In this document: piece by piece, positions 1-11,700 of the stretch
How positions within the stretch are numbered: position 1 is the first letter of the stretch
How the letters are laid out: the number at the start of each line of letters is the position of its first letter
From: Hormiphora californensis
Taxonomy: Eukaryota > Animalia > Ctenophora
Length of the DNA stretch: 64,000 nucleotides
Direction: 5' to 3'
Assembly: GCA_020137815.1 (NCBI GenBank)
Contig: CM035362.1
Span: forward strand, 496,001 to 560,000
Notes under the pieces: generated by a model
Told to the model about the DNA's origin: nothing
Seen by the model: only the letters and a program-made list of their open reading frames with translations
Databases searched by the model: none
Program-made: the position numbers and the translations under genes

Positions 1-78
1 AGGGTACTGATAGGGTACTCAGTACACAAACACACATCTCACACATCTCACACATCTCACACACACACCCTGTTATAG

Positions 79-2929
79 GTTGAGGAGTGTGGGAGAATTG
101 CTACGATCCAATATGGTGAATTTGAGGTAACGGTGAAAGGGAAGGAGGGCCGAGATGATACCTATGGAGCTGAGGTTACCTATAGATGTAGATCAGACAA
201 GTGAGTAAAATCTCCATATTTGGGCATATGACGTCATAGTCAGGTGACTACGTAAACTGCCACCACATGCCATTGGGCTGTTAAAATGGGATACTGTGTA
301 ACCCTTCGAGCATATTGTTCTTCAGACACTCACAAACAAAGAAATGAATATTACATTACGCCCCTCCAACCCGACCTCCCCTCCCCCACTAACCCAACCT
401 CCCCTCCCCCAGTTTCCAACTAGAGGGATCCAGCACTAACCCAACCTCCCCTCCCCCAGCTTCCAACTAGAGGGATCCAGCACCAGGACCTGTACCAGCG
501 ATGGCCAGTGGAGTGGTGAACCTCCCAAGTGTGTCTGTGTTGAATGTGATCCAGTGGTGCTGGTCAATGGACATATTCAAGGGGACAACAAACAACCCGA
601 CTCGTGAGTTTTGGATAATCCAACTGTGTTCCAAGAACCGTCCCAGCAGCGACTAACCCCACTACTCCCCACTACCCCGCAACTAACCCCACTACTCCCC
701 ACCACCCCAAGAACCGTCCCAGCAGCGACTAACCCCACTACTCCCCACCACCCCGCAACTAACCCCACTACTCCCCACCACCCCGCAACTAACCCCACTA
801 CTCCTCACCACCCCGCAACTAACCCCAATACTCCCACTACCCCAAGAACCGTCCCAGCAGCCCGCGACTAACCCCAATACTCCCACCACCCCGCAACTAA
901 CCCCACTACTCCCCACCACCCCGCGACTAACCCCAATACTCCCCACTACCCCGCAACTAACCCCAATACTCCCCACCACCCCGCAACTAACCCCAATACT
1001 CCCCACCACCCCGCAACTAACCCCACTACTCCCCACCACCCCGCAACTAACCCTACTACTCCCACTACCCCGCGACTAACCCCAATACTCCCCACCACCC
1101 CGCGACTAACCCCAATACTCCCCACCACCCCGCGACTAACCCTACTACTCCCACTACCCCGCGACTAACCCCAATACTCCCCACCACCCCGCGACTAACC
1201 CCAATACTCCCCACCACCCCGCGACTAACCCCAATACTCCCCACCACCCCAATACTCCCCACTACCCCGCAACTAACCCCAATACTCCCCACCACCCCGC
1301 AACTAACCCCAATACTCCCCACCACCCCGCAACTAACCCCACTACTCCCCACCACCCCGCAACTAACCCTACTACTCCCACTACCCCGCGACTAACCCCA
1401 ATACTCCCCACCACCCCGCGACTAACCCCAATACTCCCCACCACCCCGCGACTAACCCTACTACTCCCACTACCCCGCGACTAACCCCAATACTCCCCAC
1501 CACCCCGCGACTAACCCCAATACTCCCCACCACCCCGCGACTAACCCCAATACTCCCCACCACCCCAATACTCCCCACTACCCCGCGACTAACCCCAATA
1601 CTCCCACCCAGGATTGTCACCTACGTGTGTGACACAGGGTACAAACTAAGTGACCCAGCCGCTGCAGAGAGGACATGTCTACATGATGGACGATGGAGCG
1701 GAGCAGCACCCACCTGCGAGAGGGTAACATGTGGCCGGCCAGATATACCTGGTGGAGCTGTCCTGCCTGAAGTGGCACCCCCTCTCAAGACGAAGTACTA
1801 CCACGGGGATACCGTGTCCTATGAGTGCGACCTTCTGAAGGTGAGATGCTTGGTTTGATATTAGCCGCTAGTTAAAAACTGGTTTGCATTCACCCACTCC
1901 TTTCCAATTGTGCAACGTTGTGAGTCAAGAACCGATCAAAACAAGTAAACAACCAATCAGAACTCGTTATTTAGGTCACGTGACTGGTTATCAGCCAATC
2001 AGTGACCAGTATTTCCTGATTCGGTCGGTTCCTGCTAGGAGTATGTTTTCTGACAGAGAATTTCCCAATTCAGAACGCGGTGATAATGAAATGTGATGAT
2101 GATGGAACCTGGGGTCAGGATGGAACATGTGACAGTAAGTTAACAAATCAATAGCAAATATTTAATAAAGTCGGATTTTTTGAAACTGTCACCCCCCTGG
2201 GTGGCACGCGAGTTTTTATTTGTACGTCGGAAACTTGTTTTCGCTCTCACGCCTTTGTTTCTTGACCAATTTCGTCAAACCAAAGTTTTACGGACTCACA
2301 AAATTATGCTCTTTCCGATGATATGCGGTTTTTTGCCGAAAAGTGACAGCAAGTAGGGGCTGTCACACGCAAATACGACGCCGTGAAAAGGGGGGCGACA
2401 GTTTCAAAAAATCCTACTTTAATTAGCAAACTAATTAATAATTAATTAATAATTAATTAATAATTACCATACTCTCCCAGACTGTGTGAAAGAAAAGCGA
2501 AAGTTCCTAGAGGTTACGAGGAAGTGGGTTGAACAAAAATGCATCGGAACAATATGCACAGGAGGAGGGTAAGTGTTTGAAAGCCCTGCACTCATCCCAT
2601 GGATCTGTCAGGCCAATGCTCTGACCACTGTTATAATTCTCGAGAAATGAGAATAGGGTCAGGCCAATGCTCTGACCACTGTTATAATTCTCGAGAAATG
2701 AGAATAGGGTCAGGCCAATGCTCTGACAGTCCCAGATCCCTTTAAATGTTCCCAGTTTGTTGACGAGGGTCAACACAATATTTATTGATTCAGTACCATT
2801 ATAATATACTACCATTGTTTAAATATGAAACCTATTTCCAGGTGGAAGGAATACAAGAAGACATACTACAAGGATGTTGTTGTTTGCAATGGAAAAGTGC
2901 AAGGAGATACGGAAGGCATGGTAGTGTAG
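79..2929 (+). CDS. Sushi/CCP (SCR) repeat protein, 3' part (5' end outside window). Exons 79-200, 460-603, 1612-1840, ~2074(or 2059)-2134, 2481-2568, 2842-2929
   Basis: GT-AG exons join in frame: VEECGRIATIQYGEF..YGAEVTYRC..FQLEGSSTRTCTSDGQWSGEPPKC..VTYVCDTGYKL..RTCLHDGRWSGAAPTC..VSYEC..MKCDDDGTW. This is the C..C..C-xxx-G-x-W..C pattern of CCP modules. Stop TAG at 2927-2929. The exon 4 acceptor is ambiguous. Confidence 0.85.
630..1608. repeat. C-rich minisatellite (~30-bp unit ACTAACCCCAATACTCCCCACCACCCCGC(A/G)) filling a Sushi-gene intron
   Basis: Tandem array of about 30 units visible directly, with higher-order structure; it is the source of several spurious ORFs. Confidence 0.95.
1926..2034. 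mobile_element. ~110-bp MITE (CAxGAACCGA..TCGGTTCCTG ends)
   Basis: Short imperfect terminal inverted repeats. It matches a very abundant Pleurobrachia repeat as I recall it (translates as QEPxKTSKQPIRTRYLGHVTGYQPI). Confidence 0.7.
2168..2419. mobile_element. Tc1/mariner-type MITE, AAGTCGGATTTTTTGAAA TIR family, TA TSD
   Basis: TA|AAGTCGGATTTTTTGAAACTGTCACCCCC ... GGGGGCGACAGTTTCAAAAAATCCTACTT|TA; the same TIR recurs at 47055, 47890, 52945 and 53556. Confidence 0.85.
2607..2727. repeat. ~52-bp tandem repeat (about 2.3 copies) in Sushi-gene intron
   Basis: GTCAGGCCAATGCTCTGACCACTGTTATAATTCTCGAGAAATGAGAATAGG repeated. Confidence 0.9.
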
Positions 2930-3229
2930 AGAGAGAGATGCTGAGAGAGACAATATATATACATCATAGAGACTTTATTTTGAGAAATTGAAGTTTTATA
3001 TTTTATACCCCAGACATGATTGTATATTACACACAATTATAAAAATATATATATTTGATGAGCTGATTTCTATTATTAATATTATAACTTAAATGATGAA
3101 ATTAATTTAATTTATACGACTTTTAAACCTTTTTAGCCAAATAATTTTGTTTTGCATTTAATTAACTAGCAAAACCGTACCCGCCCTACGGACGGGATAG
3201 AAACACAGCGCATTATATCGTAACTTTTA

Positions 3230-3231
3230 TC

Positions 3232-3280
<49 letters not shown>

Positions 3281-3299
3281 CTTTCTTTCTCTTTCTCTT

Positions 3300-3378
<79 letters not shown>

Positions 3379-3390
3379 TTCTCTCTTTCT
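3230..3390. repeat. (CT)n microsatellite
   Basis: Seen directly. Confidence 0.95.
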
Positions 3391-3690
3391 GGTTCGTTCT
3401 CTCGGTGTATCTTTCTCTCCTGATGCAGTCCTGATGGAGATCACATCACGCACAGTGCACTTCTGGGTGCTATGTGAGAACTGATCCTCAGTAGGATAGG
3501 GGAGGGATGGATGATGTGATATTGTGATACGTCATGTACTCATGTGACGGGATATTTGCAACACTCAACATGCACTGGGACCTCCATACGTCATCATGGG
3601 GGTCACCTATCGACTGTAGGCGGTAAATGTTAACCAGATCTGAGAGAAAACGTACGTGCAAAACCACGTTTTTGTCCATAACTCAGTCAT

Positions 3691-5091
3691 TTCAATTAAT
3701 ATGTCGTGATTACTGTTTAATAGCCCAACTGGTCATTCCGAAAAATCAGATACAAACACATTAATGTGCCGCACTGTATATGAGTTACTCCAACCCTCCA
3801 GTTTCAATGCTTGTTTAACGAAGGAAGTAACCAAGCGATCCACTGGATTCGATATATCTAGGCGCATATCATATTGCCACAGTACTGATGTATTTGCACT
3901 ATCTTTATATCGGATATCTCGAACAGCAACAATCCTTGTATTTAAACAGGGTTCTTGCTTTCTAACCAGTTAGGCGTATTAAACAGGGCACATGTTATCT
4001 GCAGCGCTCACATATCATGATAATGAACTACATTAGCCGTAGTATTATGCACTATGCTGCAGGGACATCACACACACACATCACCCACACACATGATATT
4101 GATCAAGCCTGAACAACAGGTTATTGAATCAATCGACCGTTCAACGGTACGAGGTGCCATCACTGATTCGTGCAGTTGATCCGAGGATCACGAATTCAAT
4201 TAATATGTCGTGATTACTGTTTAATAGCCCAACTGGTCATTCCGAAAAATCAGATACAAACACATTAATGTGCCGCACTGTATATGAGTTACTCCAACCC
4301 TCCAGTTTCAATGCTTGTTTAACGAAGGAAGTAACCAAGCGATCCACTGGATTCGATATATCTAGGCGCATATCATATTGCCACAGTACTGATGTATTTG
4401 TACTGATGTATTCGTGATCCTCGGATCAACTGCACGAATCAGTGATGGCACCTCGTACCGTTGAACGGTCGATTGATTCAATAACCTGTTGTTCAGGCTT
4501 GATCAATATCATGTGTGTGGGTGATGTGTGTGTGTGATGTCCCTGCAGCATAGTGCATAATACTACGGCTAATGTAGTTCATTATCATGATATGTGAGCG
4601 CTGCAGATAACATGTGCCCTGTTTAATACGCCTAACTGGTTAGAAAGCAAGAACCCTGTTTAAATACAAGGATTGTTGCTGTTCGAGATATCCGATATAA
4701 AGATAGTGCAAATACATCAGTACTGTGGCAATATGATATGCGCCTAGATATATCGAATCCAGTGGATCGCTTGGTTACTTCCTTCGTTAAACAAGCATTG
4801 AAACTGGAGGGTTGGAGTAACTCATATACAGTGCGGCACATTAATGTGTTTGTATCTGATTTTTCGGAATGACCAGTTGGGCTATTAAACAGTAATCACG
4901 ACATATTAATTGAATTCGTGATCCTCGGATCAACTGCACGAATCAGTGATGGCACCTCGTACCGTTGAACGGTCGATTGATTCAATAACCTGTTGTTCAG
5001 GCTTGATCAATATCATGTGTGTGGGTGATGTGTGTGTGTGATGTCCCTGCAGCATAGTGCATAATACTACGGCTAATGTAGTTCATTATCA
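3691..5091. mobile_element. Insertion built from a 504-bp unit: direct tandem (3691-4194, partial 4195-4400) then inverted tandem (4411-4914, partial 4915-5091); 10-13-bp TSD ACTCAGTCAT(TTC)
   Basis: Copies look identical by eye. Direct repeat ACTCAGTCATTTC at 3681-3693 and 5091-5103. Confidence 0.8.
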
Positions 5092-6577
5092 CTCAGTCAT
5101 TTCTTGACCAATTTGCAAGATCGACTAGGCCACCCTGCATTGTATATACATTATACAGTAGTAAGATGGCATTGCATTGGTGGATTTGAATTCCAAATAC
5201 CAGATAATCGATATATTATCCATGATCTGATTTCAAATATTAGAGGTCTTTGCCGCTGACCTAAAAGTAAAGGTCATTTAAAATGTCAGACTGAATACTG
5301 TCCTGGAAGGTGAAAATCGGGTTTCATGGACATACATAAGCTTAACTTGCGGCACGCGCGTATATTTCACTTCTTTATCTGCGCGGCATAAGTAAATACT
5401 CGCGCGCCGCGCGCGTTTCGTTTCAAAAAGCCAAAATCGTGAAACTTTTCAATGAAGTTTTTTTCTGAAGAAAAAAAAACAACAGAAAAATGTCTCTAAG
5501 AACCAGCTTTGTTGTTGAATTTCACTTCACAATCAGTCGAAATATATGTTACACTCTATCATTATATTCCAAACTTATTCCTATATTTCCCGCTGTTGGT
5601 TGCCTGCTGCGCAGGGAAGGCCTTCGGCCCAGCAAGTCCCTGGGTGTCCGGGGCCAGGGGCGGCAGCCTCGGTCAGGGGGCGTGGGGGGGGGGGGGGTAA
5701 AACCCCCCACAAGCAGGGTCCAGGGGCGTAGGGGGCAGAAAGAGCCCCCCCCCCCGAGAATTTCTGATATTTTAGGCGTTTTTAAACGATTTTAAGAAGA
5801 CGTCTGACATAGATCAGTCGAAAGCTCCTGTTCTTAATTGAATATTAGTACTGCAAAATCGTTGTTTCTCTTTAATTGATTTTAAGCATTTCTGAACTCC
5901 TGTAGAAAATGGGGGAAAAATGAAAGTTTTCTGATCACGAGAAAAAATCCTCTGTGCGCACACAGAACCGGACACCCTGGTCATGTCAAATTGTACTGTG
6001 GCGCATGGAAGAACCCTCTTTATGCTCTGCCGTGCGTTACAGGTGTGCACAGTGCGCCTGGGTGTCCGGCAGAGCTCCCGACACCCGGCTGCGCGCAAAT
6101 CCAAAATTTCACAGTTTTCATCGATTTTTTGAAATTCTTTTTGTTTTTTCTTCTTTTCTTTCTCTGTCTTTTTGGCCTGGGTGTCCGCGCACACCCGGAC
6201 ACCCACGAGCGCCGTCCCTGCCGCTGCGAAAGGGTGAGGGGTGAGAGCTGACCATCATCCATTGATGATCCATTGGAGGTCTATTGGTGATGGTTATTAA
6301 TGTATTACTTAGCAATCTTTCAAACCTGCTATTCTAACAGTTTAACCATACAGCTTATGTGTTATGAAATTTATGACCTTGTACCGTGCAATCCCTCTTT
6401 TACAATTTCTGGAGTGTGGGGATGTTCGACTGGACTGACACCATTATAATATGTTGACATATGTAATATGAAGTTGATTAAAAAATTATAATATCATGGT
6501 GATTATATTTCCAGATTAGGTATATAGGATATGTGTGGACACTATTAGAGAGGTGCAGTAGGTGAATGCTAAGCCAC

Positions 6578-7887
6578 ATGTCCGGTTGGTTTGGTTGGTT
6601 TGGGGAGTGTTTCCTAGTGTCAGAGGCCTACCAACCATGGCCTCAACAATTCAACTACCTTCTCTCCAGTCTCCCTTGATAGCAACAAAATAGGTGAATT
6701 TACCGGGAATCCCACATTATATCCCACTTTGTTTAACTGTTAAACGTCGCCCTTTGGTCGAATGTAAGACCAGTGGCAACATCGTTACCAACATCTCCCC
6801 TCCCCTCCAGGTTCAGAAACAGTGATAGTCAAGTCTGGGAGGAGGATTTGTGGGTCGGGTGGTGCGTTGGCTGATACGCCATTGAACCAAGACAAAACGT
6901 ACTTTGAGATAAAAGTACAAGCATCAGGTGAGAGACATTCTGTGTGGTTACTTTATAACTATCTTAACAGCCGAATGGTTTTAGCACATTTGATAGCGCC
7001 CCTAAGAGTGCTGCCCAGATATATAATAGATCATTTTCTCGCTCTGATCTGTCTCTTTAAGTCATCGGTCCCCTGAAACAACCAGATAGGGAATAAAGAA
7101 CGGATAAATCCTTCCATCAGTAGCGAATTGGGCTCGTTGAGAAGTGTCAAAATAAGGGGGCGAGATGGCATGTCGGTAGTAGACTAGGTGCAAATTAGAG
7201 GGCCATTTCTAGAGACACGCTAATAACACCTGGGGGAGTGGGGGTAAATCAAGATCCTTACTACCTACACATGTACATAGTTATTCGTCGATCTCTTTAT
7301 CTCTCTCTATATAAACCTATCTCTCTTCCTCCAGCTCTCTATACATAAAAATCTCCCCCTCTATATCTCCAACTGTGAGAAATTTTAACTTACAAAAAAC
7401 TGGTTCATCAATGCATTTTGTTGGATTTGGTGTTTAGTTCGATGATTAAAACGCGAGCGAGGGTCGAGAAAGTGAGAGTGAGAGAGAGAGAGAAAGTGAG
7501 AGTGAGAGAGAGAACGACAGTTGAAAGGGAGATACTGCAGAAGGGGGAGAGGAGAAGAGAGAGAGAGATAGAGAGGTAGAGTTAGAGAGAGCTAGATAGC
7601 TAGACAGAGTGATAGAGAGAGAGAGCTAAATGTCTAATATCTAGCTGTGACGTCATATTAAAGTAGTGGTCCTACAGCTGAGAATGGTTACACGGATAGA
7701 GGAAGATAGAGATTAGAGAGAAGGAGTGATAGTGAGAGAGAAATACTGGGGGAGAATATATACAGAGATAGAGAGATACTGGGGGAGAGAGAGTGAAAGT
7801 GTGCACTGTGCTCAATACTCAATACATGTGTACTTCTATGCTTCACAAACCCCTGGATTGCCTCCTGGTAGTAGACAACTCCAACTA

Positions 7888-7955
<68 letters not shown>

Positions 7956-8761
7956 GTTACATCTCTCTAGTTGCCACATCATGGATCGATGGGCCCTACA
8001 AAAAACAACCCAATTTTCCTGATCCCACGTGACCCCATTGCTGCTCTCTGATTGGTCAGTTAGTGGTCACGTGATATGTTGCCCATGCAGTGATTGGTGG
8101 GGTGTGGAGAGGGGGTCGACAGGTGCTAGCTCCGTGAAGCTGCAGTGACAGCCGACAGGGAGAGAAGTGATAGGGAGAAAGAGAGGGAGAGAGAGACAGA
8201 AAGAATTGATAGAAGTTGACTTTATGGAAATATATATGCCTAGTAAATGGTCCCTGTTAAGGCCACAAGGAATGGTAGTAACATTTGTCGAGCACGACAC
8301 AATAAAAAGTATTACAACGATTTACCCTTTTTTGGAGGCTCACCTCAAAGACTTTTACCCCATAGTACCATGTTATTGTTGTCAGCTGTTGAAGTTGTCA
8401 ACTTGTGCTCCAATGTCTGAATGGGGGGGGGGGCGTCTGAATATTTTATTGTAGGGGAAGGGAGCCCTAATTTTTGACAATATAGATATGTAGCAAATGA
8501 ACAGAATACGGATTAAAGGCTATCGTTGAAAATCCTTCAATCTTTAACCAATCAAATTTTCTTACATTTTCGGAGATACTCAGATAGTAAAAGTTAAATC
8601 TACTTAAATATTTTTGAAATGCGACTAGAGAAAAGAGAGAAGAGACTAGTCGATTATCTTTGCTTCTGTGTGAGAGAGTGTAGCGTCTGCCTTTTCTCTA
8701 TTTAATCTCCGACATTGACTCAAAAAGTCCAAATGAGGTTTTAGACTCTTAAGAACAAAAG

Positions 8762-8793
<32 letters not shown>

Positions 8794-11700
8794 CGGGGAG
8801 AGACTAGAGAGAAGACTGCACTAAGGGAGAGAAGAATAAAGAACTTTGAAAGTGGGGGGATGCAGATTGTCTGACACGGTATGATCGGAGGGATGGAGAC
8901 ATTGTTGTAAGGCGCGAGGAGCATTTTCTATTCCTTTTGGTAGAATTTAGCGCGCACTGATGATCGCGCGCGTACCTCAGCTTGAATTGTGGACCAACTG
9001 CAGGTCTTGATTTCCGGCCTCACTTGCAACTTTCTCAGAGGTCTGTGTGTTCTATTAATAGATTTCAATCTCCTGCTAATTCTGGTTGGATACAACAAGG
9101 AAAAGAAAATGAGAGAGAGAGAGAGAAAAAGAAGCTGTGTAATGATTTATGGACTTCCGGCCTGGAGTTCAGATACACATGATACTAAGATTTTAGTGTG
9201 GCCTGTGGGCCACTGAAGTGAAATATATAGGATTTGTGCACGTGTGGGGCGAGGTAATATTTCCCCCTGTTATCTTGTCCATATATGGTGTTATGTCCAT
9301 ATATGGTGTGTACCATGAATTGGGTACGTGTTATAGGGCGAAGTAATATACAGGGTGTCCCACTGTCTTTGCGTGACCTGTGATTTTGGGTGATGAATGC
9401 GTTCCATTCAAATGTTCATAACTCATCGAAAAATAGGTCAAAACGGCTCAACCAAAAACAGTGTTGTAGAGAATTGTCAGGCGAACACTAGGGTACAAGA
9501 TTGATGTTCCAAGTCTTACCAACCGTCAGATATATCGTCTTAAAGTCAAAAATACGTGTTCATGAAATCCGACCGTGGTTCACGTTTTGAAAAAATCACA
9601 AATGCAAAGTTGCTAGGATCACATTGCATCCCTCATAAGAGTTGTAGGAAATTGTCTGGCGGTCATTTTGGTACCCGGGTTTTTGTCCTAGCTCAATGTT
9701 TAGAGTGTCTTATGACTGTCTAAAGACGAAATTCAACCAACATTTTTGAGGGGATCACGTGTCATCAACAAATCGGTAAAATGGTTTGAAATTTATAAGA
9801 GCTGGGGGGGGGGGGGGGGGGGGGTCCAGCCCTAAAAAAAGCTAAAGGTACCCTGATTTTGGTCGATAGCGTTTTTTATTTTAGCTTTTTTTAGCTTTTT
9901 TTAGCTTTTTTTAGCCCTACTTTTTATGTTTTTTTCAGCATTCATCTTGACACTTTTCCATTAAATTTTCATCCTTCCGGACGTCTATTGACTGCATTTG
10001 TTCATTTCCTGCACATTTTTTACCATAATCTACCGTTTATGTCCATACATAGCAATTTCTGTATCCACCCCTACTGCCATTTTCTGGAGACATTTTTTCG
10101 ATAAAAATATTATTCAAATTTGATAAAAATAGTTTTAAAAAAGTTAAAAAAACGTTATAAAACGTTATAATAAAAGTTTAAAAAATTTGGCGTCAGCGGG
10201 ATTCGAACCTATATGAATCCACTAAAAACTCAATTTTTTTAGCCTTAAAAAAGCTAAAAAAAAGCTAAAAAAGCTAAAAAAAGCTAAAGGTACCCTGATT
10301 TTGGCCGTTAGCTTAGCTTTTTTTAGGGCTGGACCCCCCCCCCCCCCCAGAGCTTCATTGGAATCGTCTAAGGTTCATTTTGATACCATGATTTTTTCCA
10401 TAGCTCTACGTTTTAGTTGCGTTATGACTGTAGGAACATGAAGATTTTTCTATGCTGAGTCTTAGTTGGTATCGGCTCACAACCCCTAATTAGGTGGCTC
10501 GGTGTCGTGTGTAATCCCATGATAATCAGCACATATCGTCTCAATTTCATCTAGACACTTGACAGGGTTGTTATGACGATTTGGCAAGGCGCCTATTAAT
10601 GTGTAGGATACGCAAGTGGTCTATCCCAACCCTATCATGCACTAAGATGTTATTCAAGCAGCAATGAGCTTCATAACAGGGCAAAATGTAATGCGATACC
10701 TGAGACCACTTTTGTGAAAATTCCAGTTCTGACAGTCATAGGACACTCTAAACATTGAGCTAGGACAAAAACCCGGGTACCAAAATGACCGCCAGACAAT
10801 TTCCTACAACTCTTATGAGGGATGCAATGTGATCCGAGCAACTTTGCATTTGTGAATTTTTCAAAACGTGAACCCCGGTCGGATTTCATGAACACGTATT
10901 TTTGACTTTAAGACGATATATCTGACGGTTGGTAAGACTTGGAACATCAATCTTGTACCCTAGTGTTCGCCTGACAATTCTCCACAACACTGTTTTTGGT
11001 TGAGCCGTTTTGACCTATTTTTCGATGAGTTATGAGTATTTGAATGGAACCCACTCATCACCCAAAATCACAGGTCACGCAAAGACAGTGGGACACCCTG
11101 TATTTCTATACGTGGCGAGTTCGGAGTTTAACAAATCCGAGAAGGATGGCATGCTGGTAGGGGGGATGTGTGAATATATATAATCACTGGGCACATATTT
11201 TCTACCGGAATTGAATTAATCTCTACCTTACTTTCTCTTTCAGTCTTTCTCTCTTTCTCTCTTTCTCTCTCTCACACACACAAATAATCCACAGATAATC
11301 ATCCAAGGGATATCCTAAGCTTTTATTTATTTAATCTTCCCTAACCTCCACATATAACCACTGCACCTAAAACCCTCCCTCTAACCACCCTCCCTCTAAC
11401 CACCCACTTCTAACCACCCACGTCTAACCACCCACCTCTAACCACCCCTCATATAACCACCCACATCTAACCACCCCTTACTCCTGCAGGTAACCACTTC
11501 ACCTAACCCACCTCTAACCACTCAGCCCATCTAACCACTCCTTACTCCTCCAGGTGTGTGGGGTGTTGGTGTTGCATCTCGTGATGTCTGTCTTGACAAG
11601 ACCCCCCTCGGCTCATGTTCCCACACATGGTGTTTACGGCAGGATGGGACTTGTTGGCATAGCAACGAGCCCCTCTCAACTCTCTCTATTGTACCCACTG

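Noticed and set aside
577-1620. Gly/Val- or Pro/Thr-rich ORFs
   Set aside because: Translations of the intronic minisatellite; the flanking Sushi exons splice across it in frame.
3764-4841. Identical 69-aa ORFs on opposite strands; possible hammerhead ribozyme in the 504-bp unit
   Set aside because: The ORFs only reflect the inverted repeat, and the CTGATTC..GAAT segment lacks the conserved CUGANGA/GAAA core.
10190-10215. tRNA gene at the B-box-like motif (also ~31225)
   Set aside because: No cloverleaf or A-box could be formed; the motif is isolated inside a MITE.
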